Shown: positions 24,602 through 37,978, counted from the first letter of the stretch. The stretch is 58,220 nt of DNA from Mesotaenium endlicherianum (GCA_009602735.1 WELA01002918.1:144580-202799), one strand, 5' to 3'. Numbers and translations are program-made. The notes: generated by a model from the sequence alone, not told the origin.

Positions 24602-26714
24602 GTCTTGTCGCCTGCGCTGTGAGAGAAAGGAAGAGAGCTGGCTCTGGGTGGACCAGCACAGGGTTGGACACCCTGACTCACCTGGGGGCTGGTGAGGTTG
24701 TAGACGACAATGTGGCGGTCTGCGGTGGCGACAACCATGAGGGGGTGGCGCACGCTCAGCGCGTATGCACGCTCTGGCAGGGCCTGCACGTGCGCGGGCG
24801 TCTGCTGCCGCGTGTCCCAGTACCTGCCAGATGTCGCGCGCAGGTGTGTGCGCTGGTTGTGAGAGGGTGTCCGTGTGCGCGTGTGTGCGCCAGCACCCTA
24901 AGCATTATTTCCTCTAATAGACAGCTTCTTGCTCGCAGTGCACTCTCATCCAAACCTGCTACACGAAGTATTCACCGCAGGTATTACACACATGAAAAGG
25001 ATAGAGAAAAGTATGTACGTATATTATAGACGCATAAAATCATGGACTTCATCCCAAGCGGGGATGCGGGAAGGGGACTGATAGACATAATACGTGCATG
25101 AATAGGTGTATAAATTGACAGGGCTTATCGTCTCATTGGGGGAGGAAGGGGGAGGAAGGGGAGGAGNNNNNNNNNNNNNNNNNNNNNNNNNNNNNNNNNN
25201 NNNNNNNNNNNNNNNNNNNNNNNNNNNNNNNNNNNNNNNNNNNNNNNNNNNNNNNNNNNNNNNNNNNNNNNNNNNNNNNNNNNNNNNNNNNNNNNNNNNN
25301 NNNNNNNNNNNNNNNNNNNNNNNNNNNNNNNNNNNNNGGAGGGGGGAGGGTGGGGGGAGGGGGCTCTCTCTCACTTGACGGTCTTGTCCCAGCTGGCAGT
25401 CACCAGCAGGCTCATCTCGGGGATCCACTCGACGGCCCTGATGGGCGCGTCGTGCACGCCGACCGTCTGCGGCGCGCCACCTGTCGTGAGCGGCCACATC
25501 TTGGCCTGCTTGTCGCAGCCCGCCGTGAAGACGGCCGTCCCGTCGTCCTTCCACGCGCTGCACAGCACCTGGCGCGTCGGCGTGCACGCGCGCGAGCGGG
25601 CAACCATACGGGCGGCAGGGCGAGCACGCACGCGCGCAGCAGGGCGGGCGGCGGCAATGCAGGCAGAGCGCACGCGCGTCCAAACGAGAAAGGGGAAGGG
25701 AGGGTTCAGGTGAAAGAACAAGAAACCCTAGACACGTGCTGCTTGTATATCGGGCATGAGGAGGCTTAGACGGCGCGCACGTTTGGGAAAGAAAGGCTCG
25801 GGACACAACGTGCTAATGCCCCACAGAGCATGAAAGAGCTAGTGCGCATGCGCGCGCGCAGCCATGCGGGCGGCGCATGTGTCCAAGAGAGAGGAGTTCA
25901 GAGGGCAGTGCGTGTGTGTGTGCGCGTGCCTGCTATGTGTGCATCATAGAGTATGGGCACACACTTGCAGCGACGTAGGCTTGTGCTCGTGTCCAAGAAA
26001 GAGGAATTTAGAAGAGAACATGCGCGCACGGTGAGAGAGTGAGAGGGAAAGAGAAGAGAGGACTTACGGGCTGGTCGTGCGAGGTGGCCGCTTTGGGGAC
26101 GCTCGTGCCGTTGGCCTGAATCTCCCAGCACCTCACCTGGCAGCAGCCGCACGCGTGCACAGACAGAGGCAGCAACCGAGGTACCCCCCACGTACCCCCA
26201 CACAGAGACTCCACGTCAACGGTGCCCACTGCTGTCGTGATGCCAAGCGGCCCACGCGCAGAGATACTCCGGGGGTAGACTACACATGCCAGCAAAGTGC
26301 AATCGCGAAACCCTTCGACGCGAGTGCTCGTTGTAGCCCTCTATAGAGGCCCTGAGCCCTCCTTGGCCACCATTGGAAGACGGACATAGAAGTCCCGAAA
26401 GAGAACCAAAAATCGACTGAAAAAAGACACACACAGATTCATCTTTGGCGCACCCGCAAGACGCCCGCGAGGAAGAGTTCCCAAGTTGCCAAGTTCCCAA
26501 GACCGATACATCAGTGATGAATATGATGAGTGTTGCGGCAAATTGCCAAGACCAATAGAACAGTGATGAAAATGATAGGATGTTAAGATGATGACAAGTG
26601 TCGCGACAGCGTTGGCTCTCGGCTCACCTGGTTGTCCCAGCTGGTGGCCACCAGGAGGTTTGCGCGCGGGCTGAAGTTGACACTTGTGATGCCATCGGTG
26701 GCCGGCGACGCCAC
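18181..26714 (-). CDS. RAE1: mRNA export factor RAE1/Gle2 (WD40). Exons 26714-26628, 26136-26068, 25568-25375, 24823-24682, 23814-23734, 22677-22549, 21537-21460, 20325-20254, 19582-19502, 18234-18181; first coding exon not located
   Basis: Ten GT-AG exons with consistent phase give [35 protein letters not shown]...|[25 protein letters not shown]...SWDKTVK|YWDTRQ...|[32 protein letters not shown]...FTFKCHR...|[26 protein letters not shown]|...|[10 protein letters not shown]...|[17 protein letters not shown]. Confidence 0.95.
19247..19388 (+). repeat. (GCAGGA)n hexamer microsatellite in the last RAE1 intron
   Basis: More than 20 units visible. Confidence 0.95.
22790..22935 (+). repeat. (GTTT)n / (GCTTT)n microsatellite
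   Basis: Directly visible in a RAE1 intron; similar tract at 4390-4470. Confidence 0.9.
23445..23727 (+). repeat. Degenerate ~19 bp minisatellite (consensus ~GTTTAAGACGGGGCTTAGG)
   Basis: About 14 units abutting the RAE1 exon 23814-23734 donor. Confidence 0.85.
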
Positions 26715-27284
26715 CTGGCACGCATGCAGATAAACGGAAGGAAAACGAGCTTCTGTGCGACTGATCAAGTCCTGAAAATGTACTTCTCTCTCCCCCTCTC
26801 TCTCGCTCTCTCTGTCCCCCTCTCTCTCCCTCCCTCTCTCCCTCTCTCTCCCTCTCTCTCCCCCTCTCTCTTGCTCTCTCTGTCCCCCTCTCTCTCCCTC
26901 TCTCTCCCCCTCTCCTCTCTCTCCCTCTCTCCTCTCTCTCCCTCTCTCCTCTGTCTCTCTCTCTCTCCTCTCTGTTTCTCTCCTCTCTCCCTCCCTCCCT
27001 CTCTCTGTCCATTATACACATGCAGACAGACACACGTACATACACATAGTACACACGCATGCCTGTGTGCGTAAGTGTGCCCATGCGTGAACTCAGTCAC
27101 AAGCAACGGGAGGCACAAGGCTTGACCCAAAAAAAAAATATATAAAAAAATCCCGTGGTGGTACTTTCACGGGGAGCATAATTTTTTTCATAACATCTGC
27201 AGCGGTTGAGCTGGCAGCGGCGATGCTCGTCGCAGTGCGAAGTGAAACGCCCGCGCTCGCTGGCCAAGCTTCAACGCTCGAAAT

Positions 27285-27535
27285 CCTAAACCAAAAAGCC
27301 TGAACCCCGACTGTGCACCAGAACCCCACAAACCCGAACCCTAAGAACCCAAACCCGCCCAAACCATAAACCCTAATCCGGAAACCCTAAAATCCGGAAA
27401 CCCTAAAACACCGAGCGCAAATGCCCAACTCTCGAACCTTCACCAATCAAGCCGGCCCAAGTCTTTCCCAAAACCGGCGTCAAAAGCTAGGATCGCGCCA
27501 AAACCCAGGCTCAGCCTGAACCAAACCCTAAACCC
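27285..27535 (+). repeat. Cluster of degenerate telomere-like/telo-box motifs (AAACCCTAA)
   Basis: Repeated aaaccctaa/aaccccga/aacccaaa variants. Similar clusters lie at 313-326, 4510-4660, 5055-5120, 12460-12550, 40400-40870 and 58058-58110. Confidence 0.75.
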
Positions 27536-27777
27536 CCCTCTTCCTCCCTCGACTAAGGCAAGCCCTCGGCCCTCAAGCATTGCCCTCCTTCACTCGACTG
27601 CCCTGCTTTGAGGCCCTCACTATCTCCTAGCACCCAAACACATTCTTAAAACCTCGCCCGACCGCGAAAGCCAAAAGTTGAAGCCCGAATACAAAAATGC
27701 TGTAACAATTTTTTTAATTCATTTCTTACGTGTATAGTCTTCATACTATCCACATTTCTTATACATACACTATATTT

Positions 27778-27847
<70 letters not shown>

Positions 27848-28427
27848 NNNNNNNNNNNNNNNNNNNNNNNNNNNNNNNNNNNNNNNNNNNNNNNNNNNNN
27901 NNNNNNNNNNNNNNNNNNNNNNNNNNNNNNNNNNNNNNNNNNNNNNNNNNNNNNNNNNNNNNNNNNNNNNNNNNNNNNNNNNNNNNNNNNNNNNNNNNNN
28001 NNNNNNNNNNNNNNNNNNNNNNNNNNNNNNNNNNNNNNNNNNNNNNNNNNNNNNNNNNNNNNNNNNNNNNNNNNNNNNNNNNNNNNNNNNNNNNNNNNNN
28101 NNNNNNNNNNNNNNNNNNNNNNNNNNNNNNNNNNNNNNNNNNNNNNNNNNNNNNNNNNNNNNNNNNNNNNNNNNNNNNNNNNNNNNNNNNNNNNNNNNNN
28201 NNNNNNNNNNNNNNNNNNNNNNNNNNNNNNNNNNNNNNNNNNNNNNNNNNNNNNNNNNNNNNNNNNNNNNNNNNNNNNNNNNNNNNNNNNNNNNNNNNNN
28301 NNNNNNNNNNNNNNNNNNNNNNNNNNNNNNNNNNNNNNNNNNNNNNNNNNNNNNNNNNNNNNNNNNNNNNNNNNNNNNNNNNNNNNNNNNNNNNNNNNNN
28401 NNNNNNNNNNNNNNNNNNNNNNNNNNN
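27848..28427. other. Assembly gap (N), candidate location of RAE1 exon 1
   Basis: N-run upstream of the first visible RAE1 exon. Other gaps: 6564-6588, 12162-12203, 25167-25337, 35949-36026, 38987-39050. Confidence 0.9.
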
Positions 28428-31400
28428 CCAAAAAAAGATAAGAAAACCCCCCTTCCCCCCTCCTCTCCCCCCCCCGGCCCTACTGCGCCCCGCGGGGAGG
28501 GTCCTGGGAGAAGCCATCTTCCTCAAGTTATAAGCTTTCTAGTTGAGGGTGCTACTTAAACCCGAAACCCTGCACCGTGGCAGTAGGCCTTAAGTCTGAA
28601 TCCCAATTCTTCAAATACCTGACTACGAAACCCCCTCCTCGCACAGCCCTTTTAGATCAACCCTCTTAATAAACCCCCCTGGCACTGGCCAAGTGCCTCA
28701 ATCCCTCCCCAAACCTAAGAATCAACACTGGGCTCGTCCCTGGCTCCAATATAAACCAAGGACTCCATTGATGACTTCCGAGTATGTATGCTTCACATCT
28801 TCCTTCTTTTTTGCAAAGAAGAGATCGACCGCAGAGAAATAAATCTAACGCATATATTTCGGACAAACACAGAGGTCAATATGGCTACTCCTGTTATCCT
28901 CACAGTGCGGGTACTACTAAACGTTGGGAGAGAACCCTTATCATACCTCAAGCATTCCTTTTCAGATGCCATATAGCTTCCTAAACCCTTCTGGCTGGAG
29001 TTGTGTGGATAAACCCTTGCAAACGTCCTAACACCAACTGCTGCTGCACTTTCAACGAAGTTGTGTGTTCATGATGGAAAGACGTAGCCCAATGAGGGGC
29101 ACCGATACATTCTGTGAGAAAACTAAGCACCTAGTGTTTCGTTCATATGATGCAAAAAGCCTTTACTGGTCGAAATAGCTGAACCTCACGACCCCAATAA
29201 ATGCATGTAACTTCTGTATTTACGTCCTTTATCGGCGCAAAGAAATGGATTTTAAGACTCAGGATGCTTGCTAAAATGCGAGTGAGAATGTATTGGATGA
29301 AAGCGGATTCTCGCAGAGGACTTGGGGGAGTAAACTGTCACCTCAAAGTCTTTATTAGGATTGTGTGTCGTGTTCGCCACGGCAGTGACGCCGAAGGCTG
29401 ACATGTCTGCAAGATTTTGAAGCCCTTGAGCTCTCCAAGGTTGTCCGGAAGGTGTCTGAAAAAGAGCTTGTAGAAACTATTTACTTTCAAGCAGAGCAGG
29501 ATGCTTCCTCGAATGAGAGTAAGGACTAAGCTCCTGTACACAGAATAATAGAAAGTGCAGCAGGATGTTCGGAGTAACAAGACAAGAGAGCAATACAGTA
29601 GTCACGATACAGGAAAAATAAAAATACCACGTATATCATTAGTCTCGTGACAAAGCGATGCTCAGTTTAACATGCAGTCACCACCTAGTGCATGTGCAAC
29701 GCAATGCGCATTTCGGTTTCCAAGTTCCTATCCCCGGTCTGCTGAACAACAGTACGGATAAGCAACAAATGCGACTCCAGGCGTACTTACTATGGCGTGG
29801 ATTGGCTAAGAGCTGCGGGCAGCCTGGGGGCCACTTGGAGCCATGCTGGGAGCCACTCGGATCAGCTGGAGCCTGGGAGGCCCAGTTGTCGCTTGGTTGG
29901 TGTTGGCCGGGCGCTATACGCCAGTACGAGCCATAACAGTTGGTCAAGCCAGCGTGAATGATGGTGAAGCTTCTATTTGAATGTCCGATCCGTACGCGTT
30001 TGTTGACTTCATCCGCTTGACTTTAGGTGACTTCATAGCAGACTTACTGCCACTTACAAGGACCTCCAGTGACTTAACCGCCTGCTTTGGCCTGTTCAAT
30101 TCTTGGTACGCCTTTGTTACAGTCCTGCTCAGGGCTTGGCTTGGGCTTGGCTTGGGCTTGGTGTTCTGTAGTAGGGCCTGACCAGCCCTGACTCCTGGCC
30201 TGACTCCTCCAGGGCTGGAATAGGCCTCAGGTCAAATTCAGCGGCACGATGCCGTCATGTACAGTCGTGTAAGCGCAAATGTGCTCTTTCACATACTCCT
30301 GCACTTTCGGAGCCATTCCTGAGGCTCCCTTTTTCGTAGCCGATTCTTGACACCCCGGTTGACGGGAAGCCATCGCGGCATACAGTCTGTTTGTAAGAAC
30401 AAGGTGCTCTATTTATTCATTGATGTTCTAACGCATCGATCACGGCAGTATTAAAAGGAGGAACTGCTTCAGTAGGCCTTCAGAGTCTTGGTCAGAACTC
30501 CTCGTTGAGTGAAGGCATTGAGTGAAGGCTCTCGATAACATTCTTCTGCAGTCATTCTTGTTTCTTTCTGAGTGAAGGCTCTTGATATCATTCTTCTACA
30601 TTCATCCCTGTTTCCCTCACAAGATTGTCTGGGTGCGTAAAGTTTGTGAAGTCATCCTGCTGCGAATAGCTTAGTCGGGGGAGCAAAGGAATTGGTGGAA
30701 GAGTAAAGTCACCATGACGACAAAGCAGACTGCGCAGGCCATGGCCCTTCGCCAGGGCATGGGTGGCCCTGACCAGTTCAATCAGGTAGATGACTATTCT
30801 TTGGGCCTTCGATCCCAAGTTCCTCATCCTCTGCCTTTTGATTCTTTGTGTCTGCATGTGCTTTTGGCACCATGAGCAAATTCACATTCAATCAGCCATC
30901 AGGGACGTCACGCGTGCAATCACATGTCAAAGTCATGCATTGGGACGAGTACATACATGCGCGGAAGCAGTGGAAACGCTCGGGATAGGGAGATCATTAG
31001 CTTCATACACTGACAACTGGAATCTTATGGAGAACTCAAGATTTGTATTGGCGAGTGACTCTGGATGCAGTAGGGAAATCTTAAAGGAAGGCAGCATGGG
31101 CTTGTATCCTCTTCAGACAGCATTCAGTCTGTCTGTTAGCAGAAGACAGTGGGTTCGGTGGACCAATTGTGTGTAGCAGAATAAGCGCAGGTGGTAGGCC
31201 AGCTTTGCAGTCAGACAAATTGGGAGGCAAGGCCGATGATGGGAATGTTTCCGTCCAGCTGTCCAGGTCAAGGATAGGTCTGATTGGCCTTCAAGGGTCT
31301 TCTTGATTTTGAAGCTTCCGATGGTGGATCTTGCAACCCAAGTTCATTTCTTCATCATCAAAGTCTGTCACGCTATGCCATTGTACTTCTTGATTTCAGA

Positions 31401-32173
31401 TTCGGATTCCAGCATACAGCAGGTGTCGATTTGCTCGCGTGCCAGCGATGCTTGAGCATGCGTGTAAGCATGCCACATGCACTTGCGTGTGTGGAGCTTG
31501 ATGACTTCCTATTTAGTGTGAACATTTCCCCGAATTCCAGTTTAGTATGCACGCGTCCCCTAACCCTACTTTGCATCTAGTGCTATGATCTGACCATCGC
31601 ATCTGGTACACATCCAGGGCCTTATATAAAATGTGGTCTCACTAGAGTTCCTCGGCCAGAACTGTAGCATTCTTTTCTATCTGGCGTTTCTGCACCAAAT
31701 ATATATACGTGGAAGATTGGTCAGCGATCTGGCCATCAATCCATCCGGCTAAATAACCAGCAGTCAGTGGGGTCAGCCATGGGGTCAGCAGTCCGCTCAG
31801 CAGTCCAGTCATTGTTCTATTGGCCGAGGGCTTGCTTGCCAGCACTGTCTGTGCTGGTGAGCAGTCTAGTCATCCAGCTGGCGCGCTGTGAGAGAGAGGG
31901 ACTTGCTCAAGCATCTACTCAGACATGTGTTACGTTGGTTTGTGCGGGGTTCCAATAGACGAGAGGATGTATGCGGTGTGAGTGTTATCGGGGGAGGGGA
32001 GAGACAGGGAGAGGAAGGATGAGTCTCAGGAGAGGTTCAAAGCACCAGGAGATATGTGTGTGTGTGTGTGTGTGTGTTTGTGTGCTGGGGAGTGAGGGGG
32101 GGGGANAAATGTCTGAGGGTCAGTTGCACTGGCCTGCTGCACAACCCTCATCCGACATCCCCTGCGGTGCCAG

Positions 32174-32209
32174 GTGGCTGTGATGGCAAGCTGGGGACTT
32201 AGGGTTCTG
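32174..32209 (+). CDS. Candidate small upstream exon of the PLP-fold gene (VAVMASWGLRVL)
   Basis: CAG| acceptor at 32171-73, ATG at 32183 and CTG|GTAAAC phase-0 donor, compatible with the next exon (QGPP...). It is followed by an echo copy at 32228-32254. No homology support is available. Confidence 0.3.
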
Positions 32210-33283
32210 GTAAACCTGCAGTCTCGAGTGGCTATGATGGCAAGCTGGGGACTTCTGCAGTCACAGGGCTGCTGTAGGCTCACTCCCCCCTACATGTGTA
32301 GGTTCAAATCCCCCCTATGTGTGGTCGCCTGTGGAGGGGAGTGGCACCTTCTGACTTCCCCTCCATTTTATGACACTCTGCTGGCTTTGTCGCATGTGTG
32401 CACGGCCCGGGGGACTGCCAGTTCTGAAGTTTGTGGAGTGGGTCACCAGGGGGAACTGCAAAAGCCTGGCTTGACACGTGTCGCCCTCCGGTCTGTCGGA
32501 GTCTGCCAAGTTGATCACATCGCAGTACGGGTCGTGGGATTGTTGAATTTGTTGCCTTATTCGGTGCCATATTTGGTGCCAAAAAAGTGGTGCCAAGTGC
32601 GTGCCAAGTTATGTTTCCATGAATGGGACAACGGAAGGAACTGCAGACCTGGTCTTACGCCCCTCCCTCTCTTCCTCTCTCTCCTCTCCCTTCCTCTCTT
32701 CAGTACAGCCCTTCCTCACTGATTCCCCTGGGGCACACCGCTACATACCATGCACAGTCAAGTTGCGACATCGCGTCCCTCTTCCCTCCCTGCAGCACCG
32801 CCCGCGTACGCGCGTCTGCACAATCGCTCCCTCATCCCCGTCCACACTTGCTTAGATCACCCCCAAGCCCCCCAGGGCCACCGCCCCGCGGTCGCCTCCC
32901 CTCCTCGCCTGCTTCTCCTACTGCTTCTAAGTGTGGTGGCCCTTGGGAGGAACTTTTCCCCGTGTCCAGCTGCTGACCCTCCTCGTGCTCCCAGTCCTCT
33001 GCTGCTGCTGCTGCTGCTGCTACTGCTCCTGCCTGTGGGCGGCCCTGCGAGGAAGTGCTCCGCGCGCGTCCAGCTGGCGACTTTCCTCGTCGAGCTGCCG
33101 GGCGCGCTGTCACTGCTGGCCCATACCTCCTGACCAACCCCCCCTCCTCCCCTTCCTCCTGTCCTCCCCCTCCCCTTTCTCTCGCCCCTCCTCCTTCTCC
33201 TCCCCCTCCTCTACCTCCTCCTCAACCTCCCCTGTCGATGTCCTCTCTCCCTCCTGTTCTCGCCTTGCGCCTTGCGGCGGCAG

Positions 33284-36200
33284 CAGGGCCCACCGTCGCT
33301 GTTTGCGCAGCTGCCGTCGCACCTGGTGGCGGAGGCCCTGGCGGCGAAGAACGGCGCGGGCGCGGGCATGCGCTGGTCGGGGCCCATCACGCCCGACGAG
33401 GTGAACTATGTGGAGGACTACGTGCAGACGCGCTACCCGCAGATCCACACCGAGCGCCTGGTGGGGCTGGCGGAGGACCTGGCGGAGGGGGACGAGGAGG
33501 ACGAGGAGGGGGAGGACCACCGCCGCGGCGGCGCCGGTGTTGGCGGCGGGGGCGAGGACTTCAGGTGCGGAGAGGCAGGGGGGAAGGGGGGAGCGGGGCT
33601 GCGTGTGGGCGGGAAAGGGGGGGTCGTATGCGTGCGCGTGTGCGTGTGAGTTTGCGTTGGGGTGCGTGTGTGGGATGACGTGTGGGGACACCATTGCACA
33701 TGACCCTTTGGATGTTTGCACTGCAGCCAGGCACATACACACACACCCCCAAAGCACACCTGCTTGCACACATCCTCCTCAAGCACACCTGCACACCCAC
33801 ACGCACACCCACACGCACAAGCACGCACGCACACACACACGCACGCACGCACGCACACTCGCACATGCACACACACTCATTACATACACGTACACGTACA
33901 CACCACTCACGCTCAGGCACACACATGCACACGCACACGCACACGCGCACGTGCACATGAGCCCCTGGTCCTGATCCCCTAACCCTATAGAGGAAGCCTT
34001 CATTCCCCCGGCCCTATAACGCAGGTCCTGATGTGCCCCAACCCTAAAACGCGTACCTTCCCAGGCATTGGGGTTTCGAGGCTTTGTGTTCCAATTTAGG
34101 ATTTGGGCTAAGTGCTTCGGGCTTAGGGCTTGGGGCTTTGCTTAGGGTTAATACACGATGGCAGGACTACAGCATTACACTATCACGGTGTTGGAGTGTT
34201 ACAGTACTTCAGTGTCACAGTGTTGCAGCATTGCAATTTTACAGCGTCCCAAGTACTACAGTCTTGGACGAGAGAGTAGGCCGTGGCACAGTAGTCCAGT
34301 ACTGATCCCCCGAGTAGTCGACGGGTGTCTGTTCTGCGCCGGTCCACCTCGAGCACCCGCACGCAAGCCACTTGGGGCCGAGCGGATGTCCGCGAATTAG
34401 TCTTAGGTCGAGGTGCAGGTCGAGGTGCTCCGCTTTGCAGGCCCCTCAAAGTATGCCGGCCTCTCAGTCAGAGCCGGCCAGGCTGGCGGGAGGGCCTGTC
34501 CTGCGGGAGGACCCGTGAGAGGGACCTTTCTCACAGCCCGCCAGTCTGTGGGGAGGGGAGGGGTGCCCGTCCAAGGGGCGGGGGGCCGTACACATGGTTG
34601 GCCCGTCTGGCGGGCGGGGTGCTTGTCCGAGGAAGGGGGGGCGTACGCACGGCCGGCCCGTCTGGCGGGTGGGGGCTCGTGCGAGGGACTTTACTCACAG
34701 CCAGCCGGCCTAGCGGTACGTGCAGCCGGTCAGTCTGGGCCAGTCTGGGCCCATTTGAGGGACTTCACTCACAGCTAGCTGGCCTAGCGGGAGGACCCGT
34801 GAGAGGGGCTGTAGTCAGAGCCGGCCTTGTCTGGCAGGAGGGGAGGTGGGGCGTGCAAACCGGGGTTCCAGAAGGTACTGGGGGTCTGCCAGGGGTACCC
34901 TGGAGGCGCTAGACCTAGAATTTCTTTTTTTTCAGTCTCGCGGACTCTCGGCCGGCCGGCCAGCCAGCCAGCCTGGCAGGGGGGGCCCGCCAGCGAAGCG
35001 GCTGCCAGCTGGCTCCCCTGCGGAAGAAGCTACACGTGCTTTGCATGCGTTGCAACTGTGGGAAGCGTGTGCAATAGGGTCGTAGGGAGCTGCGTCCTCG
35101 TTGCTAAGTGCTACAGTGGCGCTACAGTAGTACAAGTAGGCCCCCCGCTCCCCCCCTCTTGCCACCTCGTGGCGGAGAGCGCGGTGGGGAGGCGGGTCTT
35201 CCTTACCCTATTGCGGTCGATTCAAAGAAAAGAAAAGAAAAAGGAAAGGATAGAAGGAAGAAAAAGAAGAAGTGACGTGTTAGCTGCTTGCCCAATCACT
35301 AAGTTATTTTTCATTTCAACCCCTTGCCTGCCCCCACCTCACCCCTCGACCTACACATAACCCCCTCCCTTGCCCCACGCATGTTTTTGAATGAGGTGGA
35401 GAGGGGGTAGGAGAGAGGGCGCGGTTCTTTACCCCAGCTCGGCTTGTGGGGTGCTCCTTTGAAGCTCTTTGTTCAATTGCCGTCTCCTCTGCTACCCCCT
35501 TGCCGGCACTTGCGCCTCATCCTCAGCTTAAGCTGTTATTAACAAACCTGAGCCATCAGCTCCATGCACTGGGAGTGCGTTGAGGACGCGCTGAGAGAGA
35601 AAGAGCAGCCTGTTATTAAGTAAGGGATGAGGCAGAGGCCTGACCCTAAGTACGTGGGTGGGCTTTGTCCTGGCTCCCATTCTTCACTTGGCACCTCTCG
35701 GTTGGCCTGCTGGTGCTGGTGCTGGTGCCGGTGCCGATGCTGGTGCCGCCGCTGGTGCTGGTGGTGGTGCTGGCGCTGGTGATAGTGCTGGTGCTGGTGC
35801 CGGTGCCGATGCCGGTGCCGCCGCTGGTGCTGGTGGTGGTGCTGGCGCCGGTGATAGTGCTGGTGCTGGTGCTGGTGCCGACGATGGTGCCGATGTTATG
35901 TGGTTTGTTGTTTTTTTGCTGTGTTCTTTTTTTTCTTTTTTTTTGGGGNNNNNNNNNNNNNNNNNNNNNNNNNNNNNNNNNNNNNNNNNNNNNNNNNNNN
36001 NNNNNNNNNNNNNNNNNNNNNNNNNNGGGGGGGGGGGTGGGGAGGACGGTATGGGGCTGCCGCGGGGGGGAGAGAGAGAGAGAGCAGCCTGTCGCTGAAG
36101 AGGAAGATGGAGGCGGAGGCCCGGCAGAAGGAGGCGGCGCGATTGCAGGCCGCGCAGGACTCCAGCAAGCCCAAGACAGGTGGCGGCAGCTGGTGGAGCT

Positions 36201-36762
36201 TCTCCACCCGGTGGCTGCCAAGTGGCTCCATCCAGGCGCAGGAGCCCGGCAAGGCCAAGCTCAACCCCGGGCGGCTGCAGGTGGGCGCGCTCTCTCCCCC
36301 CTTCTGGAAAGAGTTGTGAGTGGACCGTGCGTGCGACACGCACACACCCAGCACGCTCGCGCGCACGCACGCTTGCACATGTGTGCACTTGCACACGCAC
36401 ACTCACATGCACACGCACATGCTCACAAATGTACGTTTGCACACAGATGTGCGTGCGCACGTCCTAACACAAACACACGCGCGCATGCACGGGCACGTGA
36501 GGGTGCACAGACGCATTCACAAACGAGGACACTTGCACGCAGATAGACTCACACACTCTCACGTACTCACACACACACACATACACACACACACACACAC
36601 TGAGAGAGAGGGAGAGGGAGGGAGAGAACGAGAGGAAGACGCTGCAAACGCTTGTGCCAGCGCGCGCCTGTGCACGCATGTGCGTGCGCCCGGGCATTCA
36701 GGCCCTGCAGGCCGCACAGGTTGGCAAGGCTGTAGCGCGAGGACTCAACAGGCAGGGCGCGC

Positions 36763-36797
<35 letters not shown>

Positions 36798-37943
36798 ACT
36801 GGGGGGCGGCGTGCGGGTGGCGGGGACGCGCGCGCGCAGGAGATCATGGCCCAGAACCAGCAGGTGACGGACGCCCACATGTCGATCTCTGAGCTGCACA
36901 CGCGCAAGCGCGTGCTACAGCGCTGCGGCGTGGACCAGGCGGAGTATCACATCGTCTTCTGCGCCAGCAGCAAGGTGCGTGCGAGGCAAGGCGGTGTGAA
37001 CGTGCGTGCGTTCGCATGTGTGGGTGCGCGTGTGTGTGTGCGTGCGTGCTTGGAAAGTACCACATCGTCTTCTGCGCCAGCAGCAAGGTGCGTGCGAGCA
37101 AGCGAGGGGTTGCAAGCGTGTGTGCGTGCGCGCGTGTGTGTGTTGGGGGGGGTAGGAGGTGCGCACGCCGTAAACTTGCGTGCTTGTGCGCGTGTGTAGC
37201 AGAGGGGAGAATTGGGGTCTGCGCGTGCTGCATGCTCTGGGGTGCATGAGGGTGGGCTGTGGCTGGGCCGAGCATGTGGGTGTGCCTTGCCTGCCGTGCG
37301 TGCGTGTTCATCTTCGCGTTGTGTGCGACGGCTGTAAGGCTCCCTGCGCGTTTTGCGCCCGCGCGCACGTGCACTTAGCGTGCGAGCATGTTCTTGGGTG
37401 CACGCGTCCGGTGCCTGCATCAAGTAGGTGTGCATCCGGACAGGTGGGGCACGCATGCGCGCGCGCACGTGTCATTGCGTGTCCGCGCCTGTGCACACAC
37501 ACGTGTCTGTGTGTGCCCCCTTGTGCTGGCCCCATAGCGTATTCATTGAATTTCGGGGCAGACGAGAAGAGTAGCTGTTTCCCTATGCTGACCTGTCGCT
37601 GTTACCTGCGCACCACCTGTGCGCCACCTGTGCGCCACATGTCATGGTACAGGAAGCCTTTCTGCTGGTGGGGGAGGCGTATCCCTTCCACCGCCACAAC
37701 GTGTACCTCACGTGCCTTGCTGAGTCGCTCGACAGCATCCGCCAGATGGTGGCCTACAAGGTGCGCCACCTTGCCCAATCGCACACGTGCCCGCTTCCGC
37801 ACCCACGTGCTTTCGGTTGTCTGCGGTAGCATGTTGCTGCTCCTGGCCCTGCAGGCGTGTGCGCGTGTGGACACACGCTGACTCACTGACGCACTGACGC
37901 GCATTGGTGCCCATTGGTGTACACGATAGAATTTATATATCTG

Positions 37944-37978
<35 letters not shown>

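Noticed and set aside
27646..28533. ORFs of 255-310 aa here and at 48393-49354
   Set aside because: They run through N-gaps.
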